Shown: in pieces, positions 46,701 to 61,096 of the stretch
Layout: each line of letters begins with the position of its first letter
How positions within the stretch are numbered: the stretch's first letter is position 1
Source: Blepharisma stoltei ATCC 30299
Taxonomy: Eukaryota; Protista; Ciliophora
DNA length: 64,000 nucleotides
Assembly: GCA_965603825.1 (NCBI GenBank)
Contig: CBFDEM010000028.1
Location: 620,001 to 684,000, forward strand
Direction: 5' to 3'
Notes under the pieces: model-generated
Seen by the model: the letters and a program-made list of their open reading frames with translations, nothing else
Told to the model about the DNA's origin: nothing
Database searches by the model: none
Position numbers and translations under genes: made by a program

Positions 46701-49700
46701 ACAATGATGGGGTCAGACGAAGCTGTTTCAACGTTAAAGCTTGCTTCTCCAGAACTGCTATAAGTCAAGTCTTTTGCGAAGACATTAAAAGTAATCGTAG
46801 ATGATGCGGGAAGGGTCTTTGGAGGAATGATCAGCAAATACTGGGAGTTTTGGGCACTCCAAAGCGTGCTTTCATCAATGCTTGATGCGTTATTGATGAT
46901 TTTGCTAATACTTCAGGCTATGCTTAGGTTATCAGAAACTTGACAAGAAGTTATTGATCCAATAGAAATAGCATAAGATTTTAGCCTGTCAAATATGCTA
47001 GTCAATGATGTGTCAATATTTATTGTGAGTATTGGTGAGGATGTTGCGTTTATTTGCTTGCTTATCGTTAAGATACTCCCAAAATTATTTTTCATCGAAA
47101 AAGATACATAAATAATTGCTTCAATCAAATTGTCTTTTGAAATATTAATGTCAGCATAAGAGCTGCTATATTGGGTCGAATAGGAGGATATTACGGAATC
47201 GTAAGGGTTAGACGAGATTGTTCATTTATATGTTTCATAAGGGAGGCCTTTGATAATAATAGCACTTAATAATAGATCTTGGCATGATAATTCAAGAGTT
47301 GCAGGAGCTGTATATGTGAATTTTGGAGTTGGTAAATCTCCTTGCAAGGCTACAGGAACTGAAACTTGAAGTTTATTTTTCCCACACAATGGACTTGAGC
47401 TTATTAATGCTCCAGGCACAAAAATTGCATTTTCTCTGCTGAATGTGTAATTTTTCCCTAGTAAAACAGTGATCGAATTAAAATCTGAGGCGAAGCTGCA
47501 TGAATATCCTGAGCCGAACTTCGATAATGTAGCAGAGTCAAATGATGAACTACAGCTTCCAGGTGATAGATCTGCAGGAATATTAAAATCGAATTGGATT
47601 CCTGAATAACTGTTTATAAATGATGCAGCAATATTGGTGCTGTCCAGATAGTTCACACACGCAATGCAGACTCCTTGGTCCATATAATAATAACTATTGC
47701 AAATGCATTGATTCAATGCTGAGTCATATGAAGCGTTATCAATACTACAAACACATGTAGATCTCTGGGGTATAGCATTAATAGGACAATTAGTGCAGAG
47801 ATCATTATAGAGACGATATCCGCTGTTGCAAACACACTTGCGCAAGCTATAGTCATATGAAGCATTGAGATCACTGCAAATGCATATATTTCCCTGAAGC
47901 ACTGCACCATCCAAGCAGTTAGTGCATATTCCATTTGATAACCAATATCCGCTCTTGCAGGTGCATGGAGGCTGAACAGGGTCACAATTGTCGATACAAG
48001 CTAAGCAGCCAGTCCAGTCGTTGCAAGAAGCGCATAATGGGTCATCACACAAATTGCAGACATCATCGTATCTTACACAGCCTTTTAGTGTGCAAGAGCT
48101 CAAGCATTGCAGCCATGAAGAAGTTGAGGAGTCATAATAGTTACTAATAGGTTCGGTTACTAAACAGTTGGGAGCATACCCCACTGGGCAAATTGTGCAT
48201 CCTGAGTTGCAATTATAAGAGACGTCGTTTAAGGTAGGATTTGTGGGAACAATTCATATATTCATACTGTAAATAAATCCGGTGAAAAAGTCAGAAAATG
48301 TAGAAGATGAGGCGTACTGAGCGCCAATCAAGATAGTATAGGCAGTGTTTGAATCTAATAAGGGACTTTTAGCAGGAGCTGCCATGTCGAACTGGCTGTT
48401 TATATAAAATGTCACTTGCGTGTATGGGAAGCTATAAGAGAGAGAAAATCCTACATAATTTCAGCCTTGGCTCGAAAGTGCATGATAAGAAACATACATT
48501 TGTTGCCCAAGCAATGATTGTGTTCTAACGTACAGATTCGATGATTTGATGCTGAGTTCAATTAAAGCTGCCGTTGGTGAGCTTTGCTTTGAAAAAATGA
48601 TCTGCTTAGTGCCTGAAGTAGGAGAGTTTGGCTGAATTCATACGGAAAAAGTAGCATCTGTACCGAAATTAAGAGATGATGAACTGCTTTTCACATGTGG
48701 AGGCAGCTGCATCAGTGAGTTCCCGTTAAAATAGTAGCCTCTTTTATAAGCAGGAATAGGGTCATTGCTATCATAAGTAGGGTAGAAAATATCTGAATTT
48801 CCAGCTAAGACGCTGATGCTGTTAATTGAATCTGTTACAATTCCTTCAATCTTGTCCAATAATAGAGAAAATACTCATCCTTGATGGCTATCGAGATCGC
48901 AACTCATACCTTCACCATAATTCAAGGTCCCAGTTGGGCAAAAATTCACACATGCTGACTTAAATTGCAAGCCAGATGGGCAATAGCATGTAGAAGTATC
49001 TAGGGCTGAAAAAGTATAGCGACACTTGCACTCACCGTCAATAAAGAATAAATCTCCATTGCACAGCCCACAAGTAGAAGCTCCAGTGCAAGCATCGCAT
49101 CCTGCTAAGGAGCATAAGTTACAATCATTCCCATTGGCACATCCATGTGTACAACTGGCAAGGCAGCTGAAACAATATGAATCTAGATATTCATTGTAAT
49201 TGCAGTTTCTTGACGGGCAGACTAATGAAGGAGGGCATCCTGAAGTTATATATTCAGACGAAGGAAAAGGATTTTGAGCATCGCGAAAGACGTGAAAGAA
49301 ATAGATAAACCCGCTAAACCCTGCAATCCCCCTAGCTGCCCACTCAGGGCAAGATCCAATATATTTCACATAATTTGTATCTGGATCAATATAGGTGTTT
49401 GCAAACGAAATAGTCTGCGAAACAGAGTTAGAGTCAATGACCAGCGTTTCTGTCAACTTTCCTGCATCTTCTCTGAAGACCGAGAAATAAATGTAGTGCC
49501 AAGAGTTATAGCTTAGCGTAACTTGGTTATCGATAAATGGAGAATATGGAGTCTTTAAAGTTAAAGTTTGGCTGCTTCCTTTAATGCTAAACCCCGAATC
49601 CCTACCTATGTAAAAAATAGTGTCTTCATTGATATACCCAGTAAAAAATATCCACAAAGAGACTCCAAAGAAATAGCTGAGCTTGTTTTCTGTAGAGACA

Positions 49701-52700
49701 TAATCTGTAGGCTCAAAATATCATCCACGATTATTTATATAGTCAGCTCCTACAGCAGTATATGCAGATGGAAGAGTAGCAAGAGAATAGAAATCGAGAC
49801 TGATTGAAAATACAGAGTCTTGATCGCAGCTGTTTGTTACAGAATTAGACAGAGTTCCAGCTGGGCATGACTTATAGCAAATCATTTGGTATAAAAAATA
49901 GCCTGGCTGGCAAGATGTGCAGTCAGAATAGGAAGTTGATAAACAGCCAGCACACCCTCTAGCACACCCTGAGGTACATGAAAATCCATCTGGGGAGGAA
50001 AACCCTGCAAGGCAAGCACATGGCGTTCCTGAAGCATTTTCTACGCATTCCGAGCATTGATCTCCAAATCCAGTGCAAAATTTACATAATGGATCCTTAC
50101 AAATATTGCAGCTTTTGCCTCTTACGCAGCCATTATAGCAATTATTGCAGGTCACATAGTTTCCTCCTTCATTATACATAAATATATCGCATTCCCACAG
50201 GCAAGAAGTGTCGAGTACTGCACTGCAAGGCTTAGATAATTGTGCTGAAAAATCAGTCGCCAGCTGATTTCATAATGTAAATGAATAAATAAACCCTACA
50301 AAGGAGCTTGTCTGGCTCCCTAGGAATAAAGACTCAGAGTTGGCATCTCTGAACAAGGCATATTGAGTTGTAAGTGTAGTTGATAAGGTACTACCAAGAT
50401 AAAACTTCATAACTACAGAGTCTGATGTATAGGCCATTGAAATAGCGATGTAAGTTCAGCCAGTGTAAGGTATAGGAGTTGTCGAAATGCTAGAGTTTCC
50501 TTTGAATGTGGTTAATGATACTGATGCAACTAAACTAGAGCTCAAAGTAAAGACACTCCCTTTTGAAACTATAATTCCGTTGAAGATCGTATATGTTCAG
50601 AGCCCTATTGTAAGCCAAGCGTTAAGATAAATGGGGGTAGCCGAGCACAAATACTTCCCGTTAGAAAAATAAAGGCCTCGCTGATAAGCTGGAATGGGAT
50701 CGAAATTTTCTGGGTTATTGAAAAAATAATAATTCGTATCTGACTGCGCAGTTTTAAAAATCCCATAGCTCCCAAGGAAATCTCCGTTAAACAATTGGTC
50801 AATGACTGGAGATGCATTACTGGCACAAACAGAATTGCTAAAAAGTCCATAGGGGCATTCATTCAAGCAAACTTGATCTAGATAGACTCCACTTCCTGTG
50901 CAAGAGCTGCAAGTGAAATAATTATAATTAAGACAGCTTGTACATAAGCTATCACATCTTCCGCAAGGATATAAATTTGGATCACATGTACATGTTCTAG
51001 AGCTAGAGTCATAAACGTAATTTTGCAGACAGGCGCACGTCGTGCCTGCTCCTATTGCTCCAGTCACACAGCTCGTACACTCACTAATCTGAAATCCAGT
51101 TTCAGCTGCACATAAAGGATCAAGACTCATGATGCAATCTCCATTTCGCACACAGCCAAATTGACATGAAGAATCACAATCAGCACAGCTAGATGTAGCA
51201 CTATTATAATATTGCAAATAAGAGCAACTGCGCAAACATTCATTTCCAGAATCGGCGCATGCAGAACACATGCAACCACTTGTAATGCTCTGAATGCTAA
51301 TCACATAGTTATATAAGGCCATTTCAAAAATAAAGCCAGTATAAAAAATTCCTTCAGCTTTGCTTGCTCCTAGAAGAAAATTATCGCCAGAAATATCCAT
51401 AAAATAGGAATTTTGAACTTGAGCAAAACTCTCATAAGTATCGAGGACTCCATTAACATATATTGAAATTTGATTACAATGAGGTGTTCATGATAATAGG
51501 ATAACAATATTATATCACCCATTATTAGTGATAGAACTTGCTTTGAGGTGGATATTATTAGACGCCATTGTGGTGTCATCATAGACTGCATAATTTACGT
51601 AGGGATTGCTATTTGAGTCAATCATGAAGTAGCTATGAATTTGTGAAGCGTTTTCTTTTGAATAAATAATACCACTAGTGCTCGAAGATGTAGGTCTGAT
51701 CCAGAATAGTAAACTATGATTATTTCCCAAAACAACTTCTTTAGAGTCTACAGAATTTGGAGGCAGCGAAACGTATGAACTCCCAGAAAAATAGAGTCCA
51801 GATTGATATATAGGCCATGGATCATTAGGCCCTAGATAAGTATCTGTTGAGCCCATATAGGCCAAAAATCCGGAAACTTTGTCTGCAATAGTATTTGTTA
51901 ACTTAGTGAACACATAATGAAGAACTATAGAGTTAGGAGATACTGCTGTGCATGGGCTGCCAGATACTTGTGTATATCCTAAAGGACAAGTAGATAGGCA
52001 AAGATTTTCAGGTGTCAAATAATAGTTAGAGTTGCAGCCAGAGCAGTCCCCATTATGTGAAGAAGTGCACACACTGCAGAAAGAAAAGCATGCTGTGCAC
52101 TGATTTGCTGATGAGTCATAATAAAAGCCTGATGCGCATTGGCATGGGAACTGAGATGGTTTTGTGTTTGCCTTGCAAGTTTTGCAGCCAGTCCAGTCTT
52201 CACAAATATCACACAAATTATCGTCGCATAGGTTACAAAAGCCGTCACTTCTAACGCATCCAGTCGATTTGCAAGAATCTGAGCAAGCTTTCCATGAAGA
52301 TGACGAGAGGTCATAATAGCTGGAAATTGGTTGGTTCGGGAGACAAGAAGAGGAGGCCAATGGGCAAAAAGAACAGCCGGAATCGCATGTATAAGAGAGA
52401 TCATACAGAGTGGGGTTTACCACAGTGTTTCATATTTTCATACTATAGATGAATCCTGTATAAAAATTCATTCATTCATCGGAATTTTTGTGAGTTGCTC
52501 CAATTAAAATAGTGTAGTCGCTGATCAAGTCTACAAACGGGTGCTTTAGAACAAATGGAGTATCAAAGTTGCTATTAACATACCAAGTTAATTGGTTATA
52601 GGGAAATTTATATCTGAGTGAAAATCCTATATAGTACCATCCAGAAGTATTAATAGGGGCACTAGAACTGTAGGAATAAAGGGAATTTAAAATTGGGTCA

Positions 52701-55700
52701 TGAAAGCTAAAGAATGCTTGAAGGGAAGATATCTCGATTGATAGATATATTGAATAAGGGTAGCCATCACTCTGCTTAGTAAAGATGACCCCATCCCCTC
52801 CCTGAGGTCATATTCACGCCGAGTATGAAAAGTCTGTTGCAAAATTAAGAGAATAAGTGTTGTCGTATGAGTGTGGTGGCAGCTGCATAAGCGAATGTCC
52901 GTTAAAATAATACCCTCTCTTATATGCTGGAATTGGATCATAAGGATCGTAATTTGGATAGTAATCACTAGAAATGCCAGCCAAGACTTTAATATTGCTA
53001 TCAGATGAATCTACCACAGTTCCTTTAATTTGATTAAAAGCCAATGAAAGTACGAGTCCTTGACTAGCTTGCAATGTGCAAACTCCAGATAAATTATCTG
53101 AAGTTCCTGTTGGGCAGGAACTTACACATACATCATTGAATTTTAACGAACTTGAGCAAATGCAAGTGGAGGAAGCTGTGTTGCTGACTCAAGTGTAAGG
53201 ACATTGGCATTCCCCATCAAGGAATACATAATTTCCTATGCATGATCCGCAGGTGCTTGTCCCAGTGCAAGTGGCACAACTAGTTATAGTGCATAAGATA
53301 CAGTCATTACTGTTACTGCAGCCATTAGAGCAGCCATTGCAGGAAAGACATCCTGAGTTATAATAATATTGGCTATATGGGCAAATTCCAGGTAAGCAGT
53401 ATAGTGATAAAAGACATAATGATGAGCAGCTAGGACAATTTGAGCTGGCAGGCTCATAGTTTGGAGTATAATATAAGCCATCATTATATACATGGAGCCA
53501 GTACATATACCCAGTAAAGCTCGTGTAACCTCGATTATTCCAATCGAATTGAGAGCCAATATATTTGCTACCGCCTTTGTCTTGAAAAATAAAATCACTT
53601 GCAGGAGTTAGACTATCTTGAGTTAACGAAGTAGAATCCAATTGAATCAGCTGCTTAATAGTGCCATCACTGTTATGAATGGTTGAAATGAACAAAAAGT
53701 GCCATGTGTTTATATCTAATGTTGACAAACTTTGTGCTTGAGATCATACAATAGGTCCTGTGTTGAAAACAAGCTGCTTATTGCTACCGTTATAGCTTAT
53801 TCCCCAATCCCTACTCATATAGAATATAGTATCTATACTAGTGTATGCTGTAAAACAAATCCACATTGATATAGTTATATAGCTGCTGAGTTGGACACTG
53901 GTTGAAATATAGCTTTGAGGAAAGAAGCGCCAGCCTCGGTCACTTATGAAGTAAGGGGTTTTACCTGAAGCGGATGAGTAGCTAGAAGGCAGGCTTGCTA
54001 ATGCATAGAAATCAAGGCTTATAGACATAGGGAAATCTTTATCACAAGTTTTTGTCACTGAATTTGAAATGGTTCCTTGTGGACAAGTTGTGTAGCAAAT
54101 CATTTGGTATAAGAAATAGTTCTGTGCGCAAGAGGTGCAACTTGTATAGGAAGTTGACAAGCAGCTGGAGCATCCAGTAAAACATTTGAGAGTGCATGAA
54201 AAGCCATCTGGAGAAATATAATTTGCATTGCAAGCGCATGGGGTTCCAGAAGCATTGTCTACACAAGTAGTACACATTTCAGACCCAAATCCTGTGCAAA
54301 CAGCGCACAAAGGATCGTCACAAATATTGCATGAATTTTTTGTCGTGCAGCCATTATAGCAATCATGGCAATATTTATAGCCTTGTAAATCTTTATATTG
54401 GTTGACATCACAACTTCATAAACATGATACATCCCCTACACTGCTTCCACAAGGCTGTGATAGCTGACTTGAAAAATCACTCGTGACTTCATTTCACAAT
54501 GCAAAAGAGTAAATGAACCCAACAAAAGAACCAGGAAGACGTGCGCCAACATTTATCAGCGATGATGAAACTCTAAATATTTTATTCTGAGTCAGTGTAG
54601 CAGTGTTTTGCTTCGAGCCATTCTTATATATGGATACAGGAACTGTATCTTGGCTGTATGAGACAGAAAAAGATAAATAATATCATCCGTAATAATCTGC
54701 AGGAAAAGAAATTGACTCTCCTAGGAGTGTAATACCCATATCTGAATTGATTGACAATGAATCAGTCGTCCATGCAAAAGTGCCATGAAATATGACATAG
54801 ATTCAGAAGCCTATAGAAAATCATGAATTTAAGGTGATACTTTGGGTTGTTACAAGATAGGAGCCTTGATAAAAATAAAGACCTCTATTTTTGACTGGAT
54901 AAGGGTCTTGAGCTTCTGGGCTAATGAAAGGCTGATAGGAAGAACTAGATGTAGCAGTTTGAAATATTCCGTATAAACCTTGAAAGTTACCGTTAAACAA
55001 TTGGTCAATCACTGAAGAAGTTGGGCTTATGCAAGGGCTGCTGAATCCATATGGGCAGCTGTCTAAGCACACCCCATCAACAAGAACTTTCCCTGCAATG
55101 CATAAATCGCACAAATAATAATAATTTCCCGTACATTGACTGCAGTAAGAGTCACATGAAATACAGTAAGGCCACGTTGAATCGCATACGCATGCCAATG
55201 TTTGCAAGTCATAATGCATATGCGAAATACAGTTGCATTGTGTTCCAGCGCCACTAGCATTGGTTATACAACTTGTGCATTCACTAATTGCAAATCCAGT
55301 TGCTGAGACACACAATGGATCCAAATTCATATAGCAATTCCCATTCCTCATACAGCCAGTTGCGCATCCTCCATCGCAGCCTTTGCAACTTCCATCATAA
55401 AATTCATTGAATGCGCACGGTCTCAAGCAGTCATTTCCACTATTTGCACAATCAGAGCATCCACAATTATTAGAAGGAGCTTGGTAAGTTATTGCGTAGT
55501 TATATATGCTAATTTCATAGATAAAGCCCTTAAAGTAAAGAGAGTGCTGAAAACTGTATCCTACTATGAAATTTGAGCGTGAAAAGTCTATGAACATCGA
55601 GTTTGTGATGGAATTTATATTGGTAGCTTGGACTTGGTTAATATAAAAAGAAAATCCTGGGGCATAAGAAGTGCGCTGGAAAATCACAATAATGTTTTGT

Positions 55701-58700
55701 CAATAATTTCAGCTTAATTGTGACGAAGCTTCGGAATATATGTAGCCTTTGTATGATGCTGTAATATCATCATACACATAATAAGTAACTTCAAAGAGGA
55801 GCGAGTCATTAATTGATATATAGAAAGAGTCACTTGAAAGCTCTTTGGATATCAAGTATTGAAGATTAGAAGTGGATAAAGGTCTGAATCAAATCAACAA
55901 GCTATGGGCATTACCTAAAACTGCTTCTTGCTGATCTGCTGAATTCGGAGGGAGCTTCATATAGGCTTGCCCATTAAAATAAAGCCCTGATTGATAAATT
56001 GGATAAGGATCATTAACATCAAAATTCCCCATATACTGGTCGCTTGACCCCATATAAGCTTTATATCCACCCACTAGATCTGAAACTGTATTCGTTTCTT
56101 TATTAAAAATATAATGGATAGCCAAAGCGCTTGCCCCACTGCAAGGATTCCCTGAATATCCTAGAGGACACGAAGGCAAGCAAAGACCTCCTGGATTAAG
56201 ATAATACCCACTTTTGCACGTCAAGCAGTCTCCATTGTGCTGTCCAGAGCAAGTATCGCATCCCAATGCGCATGCTGAGCATGCATTGTTGAGTCCATCT
56301 AGATAATATCCGCTTGCACATTTACTGCAGCCTGCAAATGTTTGAGCAGTGCATGTCACACAGTTGGAAATGCAAGGGACGCATGAGCATGGAGTAGTGA
56401 CTAAGAAAGTGCCTGTTTGACAGTTATTCATGCAACTTATACAGCCAGTTCAATCGTCACATAAGGCACAGAGCTGATTGTCACATAGGTTGCAGGCTGT
56501 ATCGTATCTTACACAACCGAGATTATCGCATGAGGATGAACAGGCGCTCCACAATTGTTGTGTAGTATCATAATACATGTTTATTTGAAATGGCTGGAGG
56601 CAATTTGGCGTATATGAGGAAGGGCAAAAGTTACATTCTGAGCAAGTTGAGGAAACTTCAGGGGAAAGGTTTATTATTATGTTTCATATTTTTATGCTGT
56701 AAATAAACCCAGTTAGCATAGCAAGCAAGGTCTGTTGGGAACTGTACTTTGCTCCTATTAAGATGGTGTAAGAGCTTTCAATGTCAAGGAGAGGGCCTTT
56801 AGCAGGAATAGCCAGATTTGTGAGAAAATTTTCGTAAAAGGTAACTTGGTTATATGGGAAGCTGTAAGATAAAGAAAATCCGACATGGTGCCAATTAGTA
56901 GTTGTTAAGCTATTTTGCGAGTAAAATTGCTGTGAAGTGCTTGTTTCTGACGAATAAACATTAACAAATAATTTTAATGCTATCAGTTCAAAAGAAAGGT
57001 AAACTGTAAAAGGACTCGCAGAGGCTTGCTTAGCCAGAATCACTCCATTATTAGCCCTTGGTCACATTCACACAGAAACAGTCACATGGCTGCTAAAGTA
57101 GAGAGAATTTGTATTCATCACACTGTTTGGAGGTAACTGCATCAAAGAACCTCCATTAAAGTAGTAGCCCCTGCGATATGATGGGATTGGGTCATAGCTT
57201 CCATAAGTAGGATAAAAATCTGTAGACGTTCCAGCCAGGACCTGGAAACTGTACACCTTGTCTATGACTATCCCCTTAATCTGATTAAGAGTCAGCGAAA
57301 ATATGAGCCCAGCGTTTGCATCCAAAACGCAAGTTTCTGAAGTTGCATCATAGCTGCTACCAGTCGGGCATGAAGAAATGCATAGAGACTGGTAACTTAT
57401 AGTTTGACTGGAACAGCCACAAGTAGATTCTGTGGCGTTTAATACCGAGTAGCTATAAGAGCATCTGCATGTGCTGCCAATAAATTTATAGTCGCCAGAG
57501 CATTTTCCACAAACATTTGAGCCTGTGCACGTCAAGCATCCTGGAATTGAACAAAGATTGCAATCATTTGGATTATAGCAGCCATGCGTACAAGTAGCAA
57601 GGCATAAATAACAAATGGAGTCAGTTGAGTTATAGTATTGCGTAATAAGGCAATCAGATGGCAGGCACATTGACGTAGTGGGGCATGCTGAGCATCCACT
57701 GGAGCACCCTGATTCATGGAATTCGCTTTCATAAATGTTATTTGAGCCATCGTTATAAACGTGAAAATAATACATAAACCCAGAAAAACCCGTTTTCCCC
57801 TGCTTGCATCAGTCATACTGGCATCCAATATATTTCGTATATGATTTATCCCTATATGTATAATCGCTAGTTGGCGAAAAATTCTGAAGCACACTAGTTG
57901 AGTCAATCTTTACCAGCTGATCTACAGTGTCTCCATCGTAATGAATAATTGATGTATAAATATAATGTCACTTGTTGGAAATTAATAATGATGACAAGCT
58001 GTCCAAGTCTGGCCATTTGACGTACCCAGTACTAAAACTTAACCCTTGACTGGTTCCATTTAAGTTCATGCCTCAGTCTCGGCTTATATAGAAAATCATC
58101 GCAAAATCAGCATTTTGGGAGATGTAAATCCAGGTCGAAATCGTAAAAAAATCAGGGATCTGATAAACTGTTGAAACAAAGTCATTTTTTCCAAATTTCC
58201 AGCCTCGATCAGTGGCATAGGTAAGTTGAGATGACGAAGAATACCCAGTAGGCAGGCTTGAAAGTTGAAAAAAGTTGAGTATGATAGAAAATGGAGAATC
58301 TTGGTCGCAGGACTTTGTGGATAAATTTGAAATTGTTCCAGTAGGGCAACTGCTATAGCAAATCATTTGGTATAAATAATATCCTGACTGGCATGAGGTG
58401 CAGCTAGAGTATGAAAGTGAGGTGCAGGTCAAACAGCCAGGATAGCATAATGATGTGCAAGCTCCTGATATAAGGGTAAATCCGGGATTGCAGTTGCAAG
58501 TGGTTCCTGAAGCGTTATCAATGCATGCTGTGCATAATCCAGACCCAAACCCACTGCAATTAGCACATAGAGGATCATTGCAGATGTTGCACGAGTCCTC
58601 TCTGACACAGCCATTATCGCAACTATTACAGTATAAGCAAGAACTGCTGCTTTGGCTATAGTATTGATTAATAGCACATGTAAGTAAACAAGAAACAATT

Positions 58701-61096
58701 AAGCTAGTCCCACATGGTCTTGAAAGTTGACTAGATAAGTCAGTTATCACAGCGTTTCATAGTGTAAAAGAATAAATAAATCCAGTAAAAATGCCTGTTG
58801 GACTTCCCCCTAAGTATAAAGGCGAAGCGCTATCTCTAAAAATGTAATCATTTACTGATTCTGTCAGCTTTAATTTATCATTTACGTATCCATGTATTTG
58901 GGCAATCCCATTTGAATAGCCAACAGATACAAGCAAATATGTCCATCCTGAGAAAGAATAGCCTCCCACTCGCTTTGTTATCCAATTGCTATTTGCAGGA
59001 TCTGCTAAAAACACAGAAAGCCCTCCAGTGGAATTAAATGCTATTAAGCCTTGCTTGCTAAAAATATCTCCATCATAGCTAGCGAACATCCAGATTCCTA
59101 GAGAAAAGTCAAAATTAATATAAACGTCACTATTTGTCATCAAATATTTTCCATAAGCAAAATACATACCTCGCTGATAAGCAGGGATTGGATCAGCTGT
59201 ATCTGGATTATTGAAGAACTGGTAAGTCTGATCCGAAGTTGAAGTCTGAAATATCCCATAAATCCCTTTAAAACTGCCATCAAAAGTTAAATCTACTATT
59301 GAAGACGAACCGCTGGTGCATGGATTACTAGAAAATCCAGTAGGGCATGCGTTTAAGCATATTCCATCTACAAGCTCCAAGCCACTATTGCAGTTAGTAC
59401 AATAAAAAAAATAATCTCCTTTGCAAGTTGCACAATTTACATCGCACAAATTGCAAGCTCCTTCTAGCCACAGTGCATTACTAGTGCAAGTGCAGACTCC
59501 ATTATTCATATATGCATTTGCTGTGCAACTTATGCAAGTTCCATCAAATGTGCTGCATTTTGAGCATGCTTTATCAAGACAGAGGTTGCAAGTAATAGTG
59601 CTGCGGCACCCGTTCACGCACCCAGAGCACGAGATGCAAGAAGTAGAGTTAAAATAAGAGCCAAATGAGCACGTGTCAGGGCACTTTAAATCTGAAGGAC
59701 AGTTTGAGCATCCACCAGTGCAGCCAGAAGTGACTCATTCAGAGAATTGGTAATAGCTGTCGCTGAAAAATATGATTTTATAGAGGAAGCCTTCAAAACT
59801 ATTTGATAAAGAGGAATAGCCGATTGCCAGTTTTCCAGAATCACTAAAGGGATAAGCAGCGGCTGAAATATCCCAGACTATGAGAGATCCATTTATGTAT
59901 AAAGCCACATATGTGCATCCATTACTAATTACTTTTCCAATAGCAGCAATGTTTTGCCAAGACTTTGTTGATATAGGCCCTCCAGAAATTGTCAACTGAG
60001 AAGCATCTTTAAGCCTTATTGCAATTATCACATTAGAATTTCCATCAAGTTTCATACTGAAATAACTTGTTGCACTGCTTTGATCATATTTCAGCGCTAT
60101 TGAGCCTCCTAACGATTCAGGATTTATTCACAAATTTACCGTAAAATAAGGAGAGATAATTAAGTTGTCATAAGTAATTAGAGAATTAGAGTAAAAGTAA
60201 TATCCTCTGTATATAGAAGGGATCGGGTCATTGGTATCTCATTGAGGATAGGGATTCGGCTGGCTTCCAACTGTAGCGAGGCTTATATAGTCAATTAATA
60301 TTTGGTTTTGAAAAGAAAGGTTAAGAGAATATATTGAATCCTGCACACAAAATTGATGGGCCAGGTCAGTTTTGTAGCCTGATGGGCAAGCAGATAAGCA
60401 TAAACTATTTAATAAATAATAGCTACCGCTGCAGGCAATACATTCAAAATAGCCTGAACCGCTGCAAGCTGAGCATTCAGGGCTGCAGGTAACTAAATGC
60501 CTTTGTGAAATGCAATTATCATCTGGCCACATTCATATAGGGCAATTTGGGCTGCATTTTTTGCAATCTTTAAGGCTTATAGAGCTTCTATCGAAACAAT
60601 AATCGGCTGAGGGATAATTTCAAGTTTCTCCAAGAGCCAAAAATCCTTTAAAACCTTCTCTAGAACTTTTTATGCTACCAATAAGCCAAATTAATAAGTT
60701 CTGCCCTTTGTTTAAGTGCTCCAGCAAAAACCCATAAGTAAAGAAAGAATTATCATCTATCATTCAAGTGCAGCTTCTGCTTGTAAGCGCTTTTTCTTCT
60801 CAAAAAATTGTCAAGGCTTCTAAGCCTCTTGTGGAGTCTCTGTATTGAAGCACAATTTCATAATAAATTTTATGTAAATCTGAGCTGATAATCATCCTTT
60901 CTTTGGTAATTACTAAAGAAAACTCATTAAAAGGGCATTTAGTAGCATCTAATAAATTGCAAAGATTCTGGCTACTGTAATCTCCTTTTTCTAAAAGGCA
61001 GCCAATACAACTTAAAGAATCAGAGCTTCCACATTCTCTATTACACATGCTGAGTATTTTCGGAATTTGAAGAAGTACAAAAAATACTAGCAGCAT
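43748..61096 (-). CDS. Giant polycystin-1/adhesion-receptor-like protein B (~5,782 aa), paralog of A with 12 Cys-rich + LamG-like modules
   Basis: Twenty-four minus-strand track ORFs (43748...60800) share one frame, split at TGA where checked. ATG 61096 (MLLVFFVLLQIPKILS), TAA 43748-43750. GPS: CTFL....WQSTGC...CKCNHLSIF. Colinear with gene A. Confidence 0.87.

Noticed and set aside
2813-59657. Short antisense and alternate-frame ORFs overlapping the main genes (e.g. 2813, 3152, 12519, 12933, 27462, 30358, 33761, 52015, 57532)
   Set aside because: Shadow ORFs of coding or repetitive sequence with low-complexity translations and mostly non-ATG starts.
471-61096. Treating the many TGA-terminated track ORFs as separate genes or nonsense-mutated pseudogenes
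   Set aside because: Fragments stay in one frame, and TGA aligns with TGG or conserved Trp; they are pieces of intact genes.
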